From Octopus sinensis (lineage: Eukaryota): a stretch of DNA of 64,000 nucleotides. Within the stretch, counting starts at the first letter, position 1, and each line of letters begins with the position of its first letter. The DNA lies in the NCBI RefSeq assembly GCF_006345805.1, contig NC_043015.1:8494001-8558000 (forward strand), read 5' to 3'. Position numbers and translations under genes: made by a program. The notes under the pieces were generated by a model. The model was not told the DNA's origin, did not search any database, and worked only from the letters and a program-made list of their open reading frames with translations. Below are positions 39,863-53,399 of the stretch, piece after piece.

Positions 39863-40707
39863 CATAATTGGAATGCAGTCGCAATTCCATTTTATAACGT
39901 ATAGAGGTGCACATGTTATTTGAGTGAACATGTTGGTGATAATAACCTAGACAGTTAAAATTCAAAATAACTAAAAATAATGCTCGGATTTTCTAATTAA
40001 AGACATATATTTCAATTTAAGTACATAAATATTGACATTTGTCATTGTTTAACCTCCAAATATATCCCAAGTACAAGACTACGGTGAAAGACATTTTTCC
40101 GTTGACCATCAGTCTTTAAATAAGTTAAAACAAAGTTATACCATGGGTTTTAATTTATTTCAAAGCACAATGTCACGTTAATGAGGTTTGACGGCATTTA
40201 CAACATTTTAGGTAATTTTCGTTATACTGCATTGTTCTTTAGTTGTTCGGTATCCAAATGATACAGCGCTGACCCAAATGTAACGATATTTCATGTAAAA
40301 GATTTGATAGAGAATTTATTCTTAATACTTCAAATGGTAGTTTATTTTTTACTAAGAAGTAATTGAAATCAGTCAGAGTTATTTTTTCTGTGATAAATGC
40401 AAAATTACGTTCGAACATGAAAGTGTAACTAAAGTGAAAATAACCAAGAACAAAATACATGGTGAGAAATATTGATGTCATGGGAGATATGTGTTAGATA
40501 ATATCTATATAATAAATATGTTTGTAATGTATATGGTATCATACTGTAGATTGTATTCATTTGCCTAAAAGTAATCTATGTACGCGCACACACACACACA
40601 CAAACACACTCAAATACACACACACTCACATAAACATACGCACATGAAAACTAGCTCGTAAGCATATATATATAGGTATGCACATGTATTTATGCTACAT
40701 GTATATT

Positions 40708-40740
<33 letters not shown>

Positions 40741-40805
40741 TTATGTATATTTATATATATATATACATATATATATGTATATATATATATATATTTATGT
40801 ATATC

Positions 40806-40853
<48 letters not shown>

Positions 40854-40871
40854 TATATTTATATATATCAA

Positions 40872-40919
<48 letters not shown>

Positions 40920-40955
40920 ATATGTACCTAACTTTATGTACATACATGTATAGAG

Positions 40956-40986
<31 letters not shown>

Positions 40987-41520
40987 CATGTGTATATTTA
41001 TACAAAAATTGATTTATAAAGAATGGCAGTTTTTGGATTCCTTTTTCTGAAACTGTAACTTGTTTTATTGTAAAAACCCAAAACCACATAAAATTAAAGA
41101 CAAAAAAAAAACATACATTTGGAAACTTATGCATACATTCAGAAATCGCAATAAAATCTACTTGCATATTTTTATACGTATAAATAACAATAAGCATATA
41201 ATCGCTAATCAATAAATCATTGTTTCTTTTGTTTGTAAAAATATAAATCACTTAGATTTACGTTATTGCTTTTTTTTTTCATTTTTTTTTTAAATGCCGA
41301 ACACACTATTTCAACAACTTATGAATCCAAACACATCAGTTTCTATATATGATTTCGTCTGATATTGGAAAAAATGGAAAGAAAAAAATCAAGTTACATC
41401 TCGTTTATATATGTGTGGGTAATTTAATTTGAAATATACGACAAAATATACTATTAGTACTATAGTATAGCTTCTCTTCAGATACTATTGAATATAATCG
41501 TGCTGTATTATTTGTGTGCG

Positions 41521-41559
<39 letters not shown>

Positions 41560-41571
41560 ATATATATAGAT

Positions 41572-41620
<49 letters not shown>

Positions 41621-41716
41621 TATATATATATATATTTGTATATATATATTTATGTATATATATATATGTATATATGTATATGTGTATATATATATATGTG
41701 TGTATGTATCTATCTA

Positions 41717-41757
<41 letters not shown>

Positions 41758-42299
41758 GTATTTACATGTATTTTTCTTTTTTCACTGAATAATTTTAGTA
41801 AATATGATTTCATTTCTTTCTGTTTTAAGACAAAACCGTTACAGAATTGCAGTCATATTTCGTTGTTGTCATAAGAAAACCAAGAGCAAATAAGTAAATG
41901 CAAAAGCATTAGACAACACCATCCATTTTCACAAGGAATTATTAACGTTTCAAAATTGTATTTTCTTCTATTCGCTTTCAAAACACCTTTTCTCTTATAA
42001 CATCCTTGTATTGAATGCACCTCATATCATAAAAATCATCATCCACCACATAAGCTGTTGGCCACCCGGTGGGTACTTTACTGAGATAATAACAACAGCA
42101 GCAACACCACCACCAATAACAATGAAAATTCTGCTTAATGCAGTCATAGGTTTTGGCAATTTGAGACAGAGGTGTGGAGTTCGTTATACCCTCACAGATG
42201 GGTACATATTTTATGCACACTGACACGGTAAGAAGGGAAGTTGAAGTCGACGTACTTCATGCTGTTTAGTATCTCGCCACATTCTGCCAACTCGCCGCC

Positions 42300-42308
42300 A
42301 AAATAATG

Positions 42309-42339
<31 letters not shown>

Positions 42340-42568
42340 TGATGATGATGATGAGGATGATGATGATGAGATGAAAATAATAATATTAATAATAATAATA
42401 ATAACAATAATAATAATAATAATGGTGATGATAATAATGATGATATGATAATAATAATAATAATAATGATGATGATGATGATGAGGATAATAATAATAAT
42501 AATAATAATAATATGATGATGATGATGAGGATAATAATAATAATAATAATAATAATATAACGATGATG

Positions 42569-42604
<36 letters not shown>

Positions 42605-42616
42605 CTAATAATAATA

Positions 42617-42647
<31 letters not shown>

Positions 42648-42682
42648 ATAATAATAATAATAATATAATAATAATAATAATG

Positions 42683-42715
<33 letters not shown>

Positions 42716-42840
42716 TTTGATGATGATAATAATAATAATAATAATAATAATAATATAATAATATAATAATAATAATAGTAATAATAATAATAATAATAAT
42801 AATATAATAATAATAAGAAGAAGAAGAAGAAGAAGAAGGA
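42300..42840. repeat. Expanded (TAA)n/(TGA)n microsatellite
   Basis: Read directly. Confidence 0.95.
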
Positions 42841-43330
42841 GAAATGTAACGATTCTGTGGGACTTTCTAGTACATACAAACCGAACCATCAAACCCAATA
42901 AACCAGATATTGTTGTGAAAGACCAAAACAATAAAATTTGCCTATTGATTGACATGAGTATCCCCTGTGATCATAATATCTCGGCGAAAGAATTTGACAA
43001 GCTCAGAAAATATAAAGACCTACTCGTAGGATCGTAGGAGCACTAGAAATGATCAAGAAGGGAATCGAAAATTATATGAGAATGATCCCTGGCTTACCAT
43101 CCCTGCAAGAAGTGCAAAAGATTGTCTTAACTGGTACATCACACGTATTGAGAAGATCATTGTCGATGTGAAAACTATTACTACCCATGTATTTTAATTT
43201 AACTTAAAAAAAAGAAATGAACGAACTATTGAGTTTAGTTTAATGGCCTACTAATGTATACTATGAGTTTCTTTGCCCTAGGAGTCGGGAAGACACTCGG
43301 CAAGAAATGGAAGCAAATTTGAAAGAAAAA
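42840..43330 (+). mobile_element. 5'-truncated Dong-like LINE 3' end (subfamily B) with an internal deletion
   Basis: ILWDF.V...KPDIVVKDQ...LIDMSIP...KYKDLL. About 48 bp are missing relative to the 43810 copy, at tcgtagga-tcgtagga. Confidence 0.85.
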
Positions 43331-43429
43331 AAAATATAAATGATAATAATATTATTATTATTATTAATAATATAATAATAATAAAATAATAATAATAATA
43401 ATAATATAATAATTAATATAATAATATAA

Positions 43430-43620
43430 TAAACCCTATCAAATTAATTGTTTGTGCTGTATACAACCCTACAATGTAAAAGTTTGTGTGTATTATGAGA
43501 ATTACTCTACTCCCCTCCCAAGCTTTCAGTTATATTTCAACAACTCTTAATTCTCTTGCCCTTGGGCGCTGGGTGTGCCCCGGCAAGTGATTGCATCAAA
43601 CATAGATTAAAAGTAATGAC
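43430..43620 (+). mobile_element. 3'-UTR-only fragment of another Dong-like subfamily
   Basis: Carries the same terminal hairpin architecture as its neighbours and ends in (TAA)n. Confidence 0.5.
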
Positions 43621-43702
43621 AATATAATAACAAAATAATAATAATATAATAATAATAATATTAATGATAATAACGATAATATTAATATAATAATATATAA
43701 TA

Positions 43703-43774
<72 letters not shown>

Positions 43775-43809
43775 TAATAATAATGATGATAATAATAATA
43801 ATAATAAAG

Positions 43810-44480
43810 ACATGACAGAGTTGGCCAATATCTCCACTGGCTAATAAGTCGGCATTACAATGTCAAAACTGCCGACAAGTGGTATAATCACCACCCTGAG
43901 GCTGTAACTGAAGGAGAAAATGTAACCATTCTGTGGGACTTTCCAGTACATACAGACCGAACCATCAAGGCCAATAAACCAGATATTGTTGTGAAAGACC
44001 AAAACAATAAAGTTTGCTTATTGATCGACATGAGCATCCCCTGTGATCATAATATCTCAGCGAAAGAGTTTGACAATCTCAGAAAATATAAAGACCTACT
44101 CATTGAAATTGAGAAAATGTGGCATCTCAAGGCGGTTACAATACCAGTGATCGTAGGAGCACTAGGAATGATCAAGAAGGGAACCGAAAATTATATGAGA
44201 ATGATCCCTGGCTTACCATCCCTGCAAGAAGTGCAAAAGATTGTCTTAACTGGTACATCACACGTATTGAGAAGAGCATTGTCGATGTGAAAACTGTTGC
44301 TGCTCATGTATTTTAATTTAACTATAAAAAAAAATAAAAAAATAAAAAAAAAAATGAACGAACTACTGAGTTTGGTTTAGTGGCCTACCAATATACACTA
44401 TGAGTCTCTTTGCCCTAGGAGTCGGGAAGACACTCGGCAAGAAATGGAAGAAAATTTGAAAGAAGAAAAAAAAAAGTAAT
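43810..44480 (+). mobile_element. 5'-truncated Dong-like LINE 3' end (subfamily B)
   Basis: ORF 43991-44290 LIDMSIP...KYKDLLIEIEKMW...IPVIVGALG...QKIVLTGTSHVLRRAL. Flanked by (TAA)n. Confidence 0.9.
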
Positions 44481-44519
44481 AATAACAATAATAATAATAA
44501 GGGGCTAATTACTACCTAA

Positions 44520-44800
44520 CTCAGATACCAGGAAACCCCAAAATGGCGGAAATTCAAAAGATAGTGCTCATGGGAACTGCTCATACCCTACGCAAAATAC
44601 TTTATTTGTAATCTCAAGTTTTAAAGCAAACTTAATTTTCGGATGGTTTTTTAGGCATTCACTAGTACAACAATAAGTACAAAACCAAATATATGGCACC
44701 CTAGTCATAACACCAACATTAACTTCCAACTTGTTGTCTCCTGAGGTCTCTGGGTGAGACTTGGAGCCAGCTTGTACAAATGTAAAGCAGAAATCAAACA
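44520..44800 (+). mobile_element. Short Dong-like 3' end (subfamily C)
   Basis: AEIQKIVLMGTAHTLRKIL, then UTR and (TAA)n. Confidence 0.75.
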
Positions 44801-44861
44801 TATAATTATAATAATGATAATAATAATAACAATAATAATAATAATATTAATAATAATAATA

Positions 44862-44923
<62 letters not shown>

Positions 44924-44949
44924 CATCATTATTATAATAATATATGCCA

Positions 44950-45494
44950 TGATGCAGTACGTGGCAGAGGCTCTCGTGTCTTCTGATCTTAACTGATTGG
45001 AAGTGTTATCATGTACATTGTTTTGACTTGGTATAAAGGAGGGGCTACAGCAAATATTCTGCTCAATACCACATATTTGCTTGTCAGTTGTTTGACATTA
45101 ACCACTTGAGCATGTCCCTTAGTGGCTGACGATATGTGCATCTCTGATCACCAGCAGAAGTAGTGAAGGAATATCATAGCCATGTGTTGAGAGGAATTCT
45201 TTGGAGCTTGAATAATTCACCTCTGAAAACATAGGTGCTTCTTTCAACATCCTTAAACAACCCTTATCCAGGAAACTTTTGAGCGGGATGGCCTACTCAA
45301 CCAGAAGAAAACTCTAACTGGGCCCTACCTGCAAGGCTAAGTGCTGTTTATCTTGATATGAGATCCCCATTTCGCGCACATATGGTTGTGATGCATGTGC
45401 CTAGTGTACCCTTGTCAGACGGGTAGTCATGATGGGTATACTGGGCTGCGTATATTTTACCCCAGTGTTACTTTGATAGCATGAACTGCTCTCT

Positions 45495-45497
<3 letters not shown>
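44950..45497 (+). mobile_element. Probable retroelement 3' portion with a microsatellite tail
   Basis: GC-richer non-coding block ending ctctctcactactact...(TAA)n. It resembles an abundant interspersed repeat I recall from octopus; not verifiable here. Confidence 0.45.
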
Positions 45498-45584
<87 letters not shown>

Positions 45585-47275
45585 GAGAACACCGGGGGAC
45601 TAAGAGAACACCGGGGGACAAGAGAACACCGGGGGAAAGAGAACACCGGGGGACTAAAGAACACCGGGGGACTTTTAAGATGTAAGAAGGAAAATTCAGA
45701 GCTCCGAAACCTATCCACAAACATCGAAAACAAGGACATCCTATGGAGCCAAAGTTGTACTAACAAAGAATTGGACTGTATCCCAGTAAGTAATACAAAT
45801 TGAAATTTATTACTATTTTCGAAACGAAATGATGTATTTTGACTCGATATCATCTCCACCTCTAACGCAACACATGTAAACATGCGTGAAACATCACGAT
45901 CATCTCCGACCCCAAACACCATGTACAAAGGAACTACGAAGAAATTAAATGCCACCGATACTATTCAACCCAAGAATAACAATCGAGCGGTACGTACATT
46001 AAACCTACAACAAAAAATGTACGAAAAACTACACGTGCGAAATAATGTGACAACAGAAATAAACGGACCGGTACCCTACGAAAATGACGACCGTCAAAAT
46101 AATGGGCCGGACGTTGTACCTCATGTCCCGCAAATAAAACCCTAAAGACGTAAATGGACACGTGAGGAATACATTTCTATCTTACACGCATACTTCACAG
46201 CATTACTCTACCCAAAAAATGAAAATACAACAACACATACATATAAAATATGGAGGGAAAATAATAGAGATTTAGACTTGGATACAGCAATGAACCCTAA
46301 TAAATTAGCTAACGTACGAAGATACATTCTCAACACAAAAAAAATATCAGAAATAGAAATAGAACACCTAAAAGAAAACATACACCAGGAAAATGTAGAT
46401 AGAAGCCACACAACAATGCCCAATAATATAAATACTGAAACTGTAAAACACGAAGACAAACGCAACATTCCCAACAAACACGATGTAAACAACGAAGGGG
46501 GGCCTAATGATTATGATAATATAAAAAATAAAATAATCAAAGAACTGAAAACCACAGAGCTCACAATGGACCACCGACAATACCTCCCAAGAATCAAAAT
46601 AAACAAAATAACAACACCTATTATAAACAGCATAAACCTAGCCGTCACTGAACTGATAGCCACTGAATAAAAAAAAAGTGATATCACTGAGCTAAATAAC
46701 CTAATATACGCAGCAGCCACTGCAGCCACAAAAGAAGCTGGATACTCACCCAACCCGCCCAAACAGGAGTACCACCACCCAAACAAACCCTGTGGATAAA
46801 TAACATCCAAAGCAAAATAAAAAAAAATAGAAAAGACCTGTCGATTCTTAATGAAATCAGCAAAGAATCAACGCTACTGAGCAACAAAAAGAGAACAAAA
46901 ATACTCCGCAAATATAACATCACAGAAAAGATTTGCCTGAAATAAAAGAAAAGCTGAAGCAAGATATCCTTGCCAAAGCACAAAGGATCCGCCGGTACAA
47001 GAAACGCCAACGCTTCTTTGAAGAAAACAAAAAGTTCAACTCCAACCCCAAAAAGTTCTACCAAGAACTGGGCAAAAATAAAATAGAAATCACTGCAGCA
47101 CCAACGGCAGAAGAATTGGAAGAATTCTGGGGAGAAATATGGTCGGCGAACGAACCACCAAAAAAAAGGAGTATCAAAATAACAAACTCGGCATCTGAAC
47201 AAATTTGGACCCCCATAACAACTGAAGAGGTCACCCAGGCACTGCAAAGACTAAGCAACTGGAAGGCACCTGGGC

Positions 47276-48403
47276 ATGATATCACAAAGGCTGAACAAAC
47301 ACCTGGACGAAAACAAACTGTTCCCAGAAGAGCAGAAAGGATGCCGCAAAGGCTCATATGGCTGTAAAGATCAACTAATGATTACTAAAGCCGTAACTGA
47401 AGACAGCCACAGAAAGAAGAAAGGCCTCAGTATGGCCTGGATTGACTACAAAAAGGCGTTTGATAGCATCCCCCACACATGGATCCTCGAAACACTAGCC
47501 ATTAACAAAGTAGCACCAACAATCATAAAATTCATAGAGCACTCTATGAATAAATGGCAAACAGTCCTACACCTCCAAACAAAAGAGGGACTCATGAAAA
47601 CCAAAGACATCCCCATTAGAAGAGGAATATTCCAGGGAGATACGCTCTCTCCACTCCTTTTCTGCTTGGCACTGTCACCTCTATCTGATATGCTAAATAG
47701 AACTGGATGCGGATATAAATGTTACGGCAAAACGATCAGCCACCTTTTATATATGGATGACCTAAAACTATACGCTGCAAATGACAAACAGCTGGAAACA
47801 CTATTAAAGACAGTTCATGGATTTACCAAAGAAATAGATATGAAATTTGGATTAGAAAAATGCGCCAAAGTAACCATGAAAAGAGGAAAACTAGTTAAGA
47901 GTAACAACATCACACTAGATGAAGCAAATGAAATAAGAGAATTAGACCAAAGCCAAACTTACAAATACTTAGGAATCCATGAACTAGATAAGACACAACA
48001 CACACAAATGAATGAAAAAATAAAAAAAGAATATTATAGACGAGTTAGATCAATACTAAACACAGAGCTCAATGCTAAAAACAAGATAATAGGTATCAAC
48101 ACTTTAGCTGTCCCAGTTATAAGTTACAGCTACAATATCCTTAACTGGACACGAAATGAACTGACCAAAATAGACAGGAAAAGAAGAAAAATAATGACAG
48201 GATCTAGGATGCATCACCCAAAATCTGACATAGAAAGACTATATATACAACGTATAGAAGGTGGTAGAGGCCTTATACAGCTGGAAAACTATTATAAAAT
48301 AACCACCATAGGACTGCAAAAATATCTACTTCAGAAGGAAGGAAAACTGATCCAGATAGCGGCAAAACACGAGCAAAACAAAAAAACTGTTCTCAGTATT
48401 TAA
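47276..48403 (+). CDS. Reverse transcriptase fragment of the Dong-like LINE
   Basis: EEQKGC, WIDYKKAFDS, GIFQGDTLSPLLF, LYMDDLKLY, FGLEKC, YKYLG. Confidence 0.9.
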   Translation: MISQRLNKHLDENKLFPEEQKGCRKGSYGCKDQLMITKAVTEDSHRKKKGLSMAWIDYKKAFDSIPHTWILETLAINKVAPTIIKFIEHSMNKWQTVLHLQTKEGLMKTKDIPIRRGIFQGDTLSPLLFCLALSPLSDMLNRTGCGYKCYGKTISHLLYMDDLKLYAANDKQLETLLKTVHGFTKEIDMKFGLEKCAKVTMKRGKLVKSNNITLDEANEIRELDQSQTYKYLGIHELDKTQHTQMNEKIKKEYYRRVRSILNTELNAKNKIIGINTLAVPVISYSYNILNWTRNELTKIDRKRRKIMTGSRMHHPKSDIERLYIQRIEGGRGLIQLENYYKITTIGLQKYLLQKEGKLIQIAAKHEQNKKTVLSI

Positions 48404-48536
48404 GGAAGCTGACAAATACAAACAAGATATCATACCACCTAATAAACATGAAGAAGATGAAGAAGAAGAAGATGAAGAAACAACAAAAGCTATAAAAAAA
48501 ACGAAATCCAAACTAAAAATTGAACAGCAACGAACC

Positions 48537-49315
48537 ATGATAAAACGATGGCAAGAAAAGCCCCTTCATGGTAAATACTGGACTAAACTAAACGCAAAAG
48601 AAATAGACAAAGAAAAATCCCAGCAATGGTTGAGAAGCTCAGGACTCAAAGCAGAAACAGAGGGATTTTTAATTGCAGCACAAGACCAAAGCCTCCCCAC
48701 CAGAAATTACCAAAAACATGTAATGAAAAGAAATATTACAAGTAACTGCAGAATATGTGGAGATGGACAAGAAACAATAAATCATATTATCTCTAGCTGC
48801 CCAGTCCTGGCTAAGAAGGAATATATTCACAGACATGACAGAGTTGGAACCTACATACATTGGAAGCTATGCCAACATTATGGAATAACAACAGAAAAAA
48901 GATGGTATAGGCACACACCAGAAAAGGTCACAGAAAACGAGAAAGCAACCATACTCTGGGATATGCCGATACACACAGATAGAGAAATTAAGGCCAACAT
49001 ACCAGATATAGTTGTCAGAGACCATGAAGAAAAAAATGCCATCTAATTGATGTATCAGTACCAGCAGATGACAACGTGTCTCTAAAAGAAATGGAGAAAC
49101 TCTCAAAATACAAAGACCTGGAAATAGAGGTAACTAGAATGTGGAATCTGAAAACAGAAACAATTCCTATCATAGTAGGTGCATTAGGCATGATAAAAAA
49201 ATATTCAGACAAATACATAACAAAAACACCAGGACTTACAAACACATATAACATACAGAAAATTGCACTACTAGGCACTGAACACATCCTACGCAGAACA
49301 CTTTCCATACAATAA
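48537..49315 (+). CDS. CCHC knuckle plus restriction-like endonuclease of the Dong-like LINE (frameshifted near 49035)
   Basis: CRICGDGQETINHIISSC...RHD, PDIVV, IDVSVP, KYKDL, IIVGALG. Confidence 0.88.
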
Positions 49316-49415
49316 CCATCAGAGCATCACAACAAATCACAGCACATACCCAAGGCACACAGAGCTTCGCTCGGTAGTGAAGTGAAAGCACGCTATAAAA
49401 ATAAAAATAAAACTA

Positions 49416-49504
<89 letters not shown>

Positions 49505-49611
49505 TGATGATGGTGGGGGTTAGTGGTAGTGGTGGTGGTTTTGGTTGTGGTTGGCAAGGATTGTGTGCCAGCATAACGATGGGACGTATTTACTCGATAA
49601 CTTCACTCCCA

Positions 49612-49845
49612 GTAGGGCGGCGAGGTGGCAGAAACGTTAGCACGTCAGGCCAAACGCGTAGCGGTGTTTCGTCTGCCGTTACATTCTGTGCTCAAATTCC
49701 GCTGAGGTCGACTTTACCTTTCATCCTTTCGGGGTCGATAAATTAAGTACCAATTACGCACTGGGGTCGATGTAATCAACTTAATTCGCTTGTCTGTCCA
49801 TGTTTGTCCCCTTTGTGTTTAACCCCTTGTGGTTAGAAAAGAAAG
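49612..49845 (+). mobile_element. tRNA-derived SINE, near full length
   Basis: ggcggcgaggtggcagaaacgttagc head and B-box-like ctcaaattcc. Reference copy of the commonest family in the window. Confidence 0.88.
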
Positions 49846-51534
49846 ACTTAACCTCACATCCATTACATTGTAGGCATTTTATTTCCTCTGGAGAGATAGG
49901 CGGCAATATTTACATCACGTGCTGTAATACTGGAAAATGTTGGAGATTATTTTTTCACCTTTTTACGATCCTTTGATCCGAAGCCTTTATAATAAGAAAT
50001 ATACATCTGATGTAAGCGAAAGGTTACGACATGTCACAGAGGATTTAGTGTGAATTGTTTAAAATACAGGGGAAAACATTCGGCACTATCGATCCTGAAA
50101 TTTATCGCCATAGAAAAAACGAAAAACGAAGATATTTGTGTTTGTATTAGAATTAATAAGGGAAAGGTTTTGAATGAATAAAAACAGGATTTTTTTTCGA
50201 GAGTTCATCACAATTCAAAATCGTAAGCTAAAATAAGTGTAGATAATGTAAAATTATCTACTATCTACTTCAGAATCTATACACAGAGGGGGAGAAAACT
50301 CATCGATGGCTGTTGCACAAACATTCTGTCGTATAACACATTATACGAGATTACAGGTTAAAATATGAGTGTTCGATGTAGTTTATATCCCTCGTATTGA
50401 TTCTCACTCATATTCAAATTCTTTACGTTGTATAAAATTTTGGGACATATTAGCAATCTTTATCACACTATTTTGCATATAGTCATGAACAGTAATTTAG
50501 CTTACAACTTGCCTCGTTTCGGGTAAGCCTTATTGACAAATCACAAACATAAAGAAGCATTAATGTCCTCTACTTCTCTAATGGCACCTTATGCGATCTA
50601 TCTGGCTTCTCTATTTCATTTAGGTATTTTAACATCATGCGAATTGATGAGAATATATTCCTCATGCCCAGAAACCACAGTCGGCCCACGAGCAAACAAA
50701 AGACAGAACGTGTATATTTGTGCCCAGATTTGTATATCTATCTATCTATTTATCTATATATCTATCTATCTATCTATCTATATATCTATCTATCTATCTA
50801 TCTATCTACCTATATATCTCTATCTATCTATTTATCTCTCTCTCTCTCTATGTATATATATATATGTATATATATAAATAGTTTTTAGAGATAGAACCAC
50901 CTTCAACTCAATCAACACTGAAATACTTTATACCTGACCACACAATAAAATGTTAAATATTAAATCTTATACTTACTATATCTATTCTGAATCCCGTATT
51001 TTCTATTTATAAGATTACACGTGTTTCATGAAAGTACGTCGGTATTGATTAATCGGGTCGACATCATCCAAACCTTCAGGTTTTAATTCCTCAACATTTT
51101 TCACTATCCCCACCTCTTATATATCTCCATGATATTCTCTATCTTCAATATAATTTTACTTAACATATACAAATGAATAGAAATACAAATAATAATTTAA
51201 AATAATAGCTGAATATTAAAAATTCAAGGAATAAAAATTTAAGGAATACATATTTAAGGAAGAAAAATAAAGAGAAAAAAATGCGAGTAAAAAATACGAA
51301 TAAAAGTTACGAATAACGAATAAAGAATTGCAAATAAACAAATACGAAATAAAAATGAAATGATAATGGTGAAATAATAATGAAATAAAAATAGGGATAA
51401 CATATATATAGATACAGAGAGAAAGAGAGAGAGAAAGAGAGGAAAGGGGAGAGAGAGGAGAAGGGAGAGAGAAAGAGAGGAAGCGGCAATGTGATTTTTT
51501 GAAAAATAATCATTAAATGTAACAATAAAGGAGT

Positions 51535-51790
51535 GGCTCTGTCATCTCCCATACTATCAATTCAGGATAATCGCTTCACACGCGTAAAGGAGATCACGAA
51601 GAGTTGTTTGTTTCAGATTTTCTGCATATCGACTGAATTGTTGATGAAGAGTAGCGCCTCTTTGTTGTGGACATTCGTTGTCCATGTTCTCACTGTATTA
51701 GTTACTGAAGCTTGCACAAAATTCTTTATGCCAGCTGAGTTTCTATATACATTAACAGCACCTTTGTTCTGACCGTTAATTATACCTATT
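51535..51790 (-). mobile_element. RTE LINE 5' fragment (AP-endonuclease N-terminus)
   Basis: Minus strand NTVRT / MDNECPQQRGATLHQQFSRYA resembles WNVRTLMD...RPERRTALIARELSRY. Confidence 0.6.
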
Positions 51791-52329
51791 ATGATACCTT
51801 TTGAGCAAAGCCAGCTTTCATCATAAAATGCAAGTCAAAATATCTTATACTTAAATGAATTTCATGGAAGAATATTAAATAAAACTAATATGGTTAATAT
51901 TATTATTTCTCGAGCACTCTTTCATCTTCTATTCTATAATTAAAGGCAGTATCTGCTTAGGATATGTATTAAACAGTTAATAAATGTGAGGGTAAATGTT
52001 CTCTGAGCGGAGGGAATATATTTCAGAAAATAAGAAGTGTTGAAAAGGTGTCATATCCAATGACCTTGCAGCCACTAATGAGTATAGCTGTCGTGTTCCT
52101 GTACTTTAAGTATGGCAACAAAATGAATAATAAGTCATGTACAATGTCCTAAACTAGTCACGTGCAATTGATTGACTGCAAACATATATTTGCATATAGG
52201 ATAAAATAATTGTTTTACGTACATAAACATACACACATATATGGATATATGTACATATATAGCTATGCATATATGTATCTATTATATATCTACAGAATGT
52301 ATGTATGAATATATGCATATGTATATATA

Positions 52330-52441
<112 letters not shown>

Positions 52442-53399
52442 CACACAGGTACTCATATGTTAACAATATAATTCAATCAAGTTACCTCTTGACAGAAGTG
52501 GCTACAAGATACATTAGCATAATTGAGTGCCGACTCGCGCTTAAAATCTCATCTCTCGGGGAAACAACAAAGTCAATGGATGCCACCGCAAATACTCAGT
52601 GTAAGAAGGAGAGTGATATAGTGATCTGCCAATCCCCACTGTGTTTCATTTAAGTGCTCTTAAAAGTATTTATCATGAAGCGATACCGTTGATGTATGTA
52701 TTTATGATAATAGTCAGAATGAAAGCAATATATTCTCTTTACTGTAAAAGTATTTAATATGGTAATTGGTGATTATGTATTGTTGTTTATTATATACCTA
52801 TGTACGACTTTGTCCATAGGAATTTTAATTTATGAACAGTAACAGTTTACAGCAACAGTAATCCAATGTATATACTGCTGTGTTCTGTCCTCAAGTTTTG
52901 TACTCTACGATTATCAATACCTAATGGTTATCTTCTCATCCCCCATATATTTTATCTACTGCATTTTTGTTAAACTCATCCACAATGTATTCCAAATGCA
53001 ATGAAATTACACTGATACATTATTAGTCATTCGTTATCCAATGTAGTAACAAATAGTTATATGTACCAAAGACCCATATTGAATTCCCTGTAAGTGTTCT
53101 TTTTGTAGGCGTTTGTGTACTGGTAATATTTCATATTTGATATGTTAAATTCTAATTTTCCCAATTCTGAATCACATTCAAAGCGTTGTGTACATATTCT
53201 TTCGGAAATATCAATATTGTCTTCAAGAGAATTTCTTCTTGTTTTTATGAATCGTTTTGGTATTATTATATATACATTTTCCCCTTTTTTATGTATGTGA
53301 TACACTTAGGAAGAAGCAGCAATATTGCTTCGACACAAATTATAAAATATCTCTCCTCTTTTGGTCAATATGCGCAACTGCTACTGTGAATGGATATCA

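Larger units (their letters stand above)
45582..49420 (+). mobile_element. Near full-length (~3.8 kb) R4/Dong-type LINE inserted in (TAA)n
   Basis: N-terminal RKWTREE motif, RT, CCHC knuckle, RLE, 3' UTR. (TAA)n on both sides. The single ORF is broken by frameshifts and a deletion. Confidence 0.92.

Noticed and set aside
45582-45673. Short regularly spaced repeats as a CRISPR-like array
   Set aside because: No unique spacers, eukaryotic context, no cas genes; it is a tandem repeat at a LINE end.
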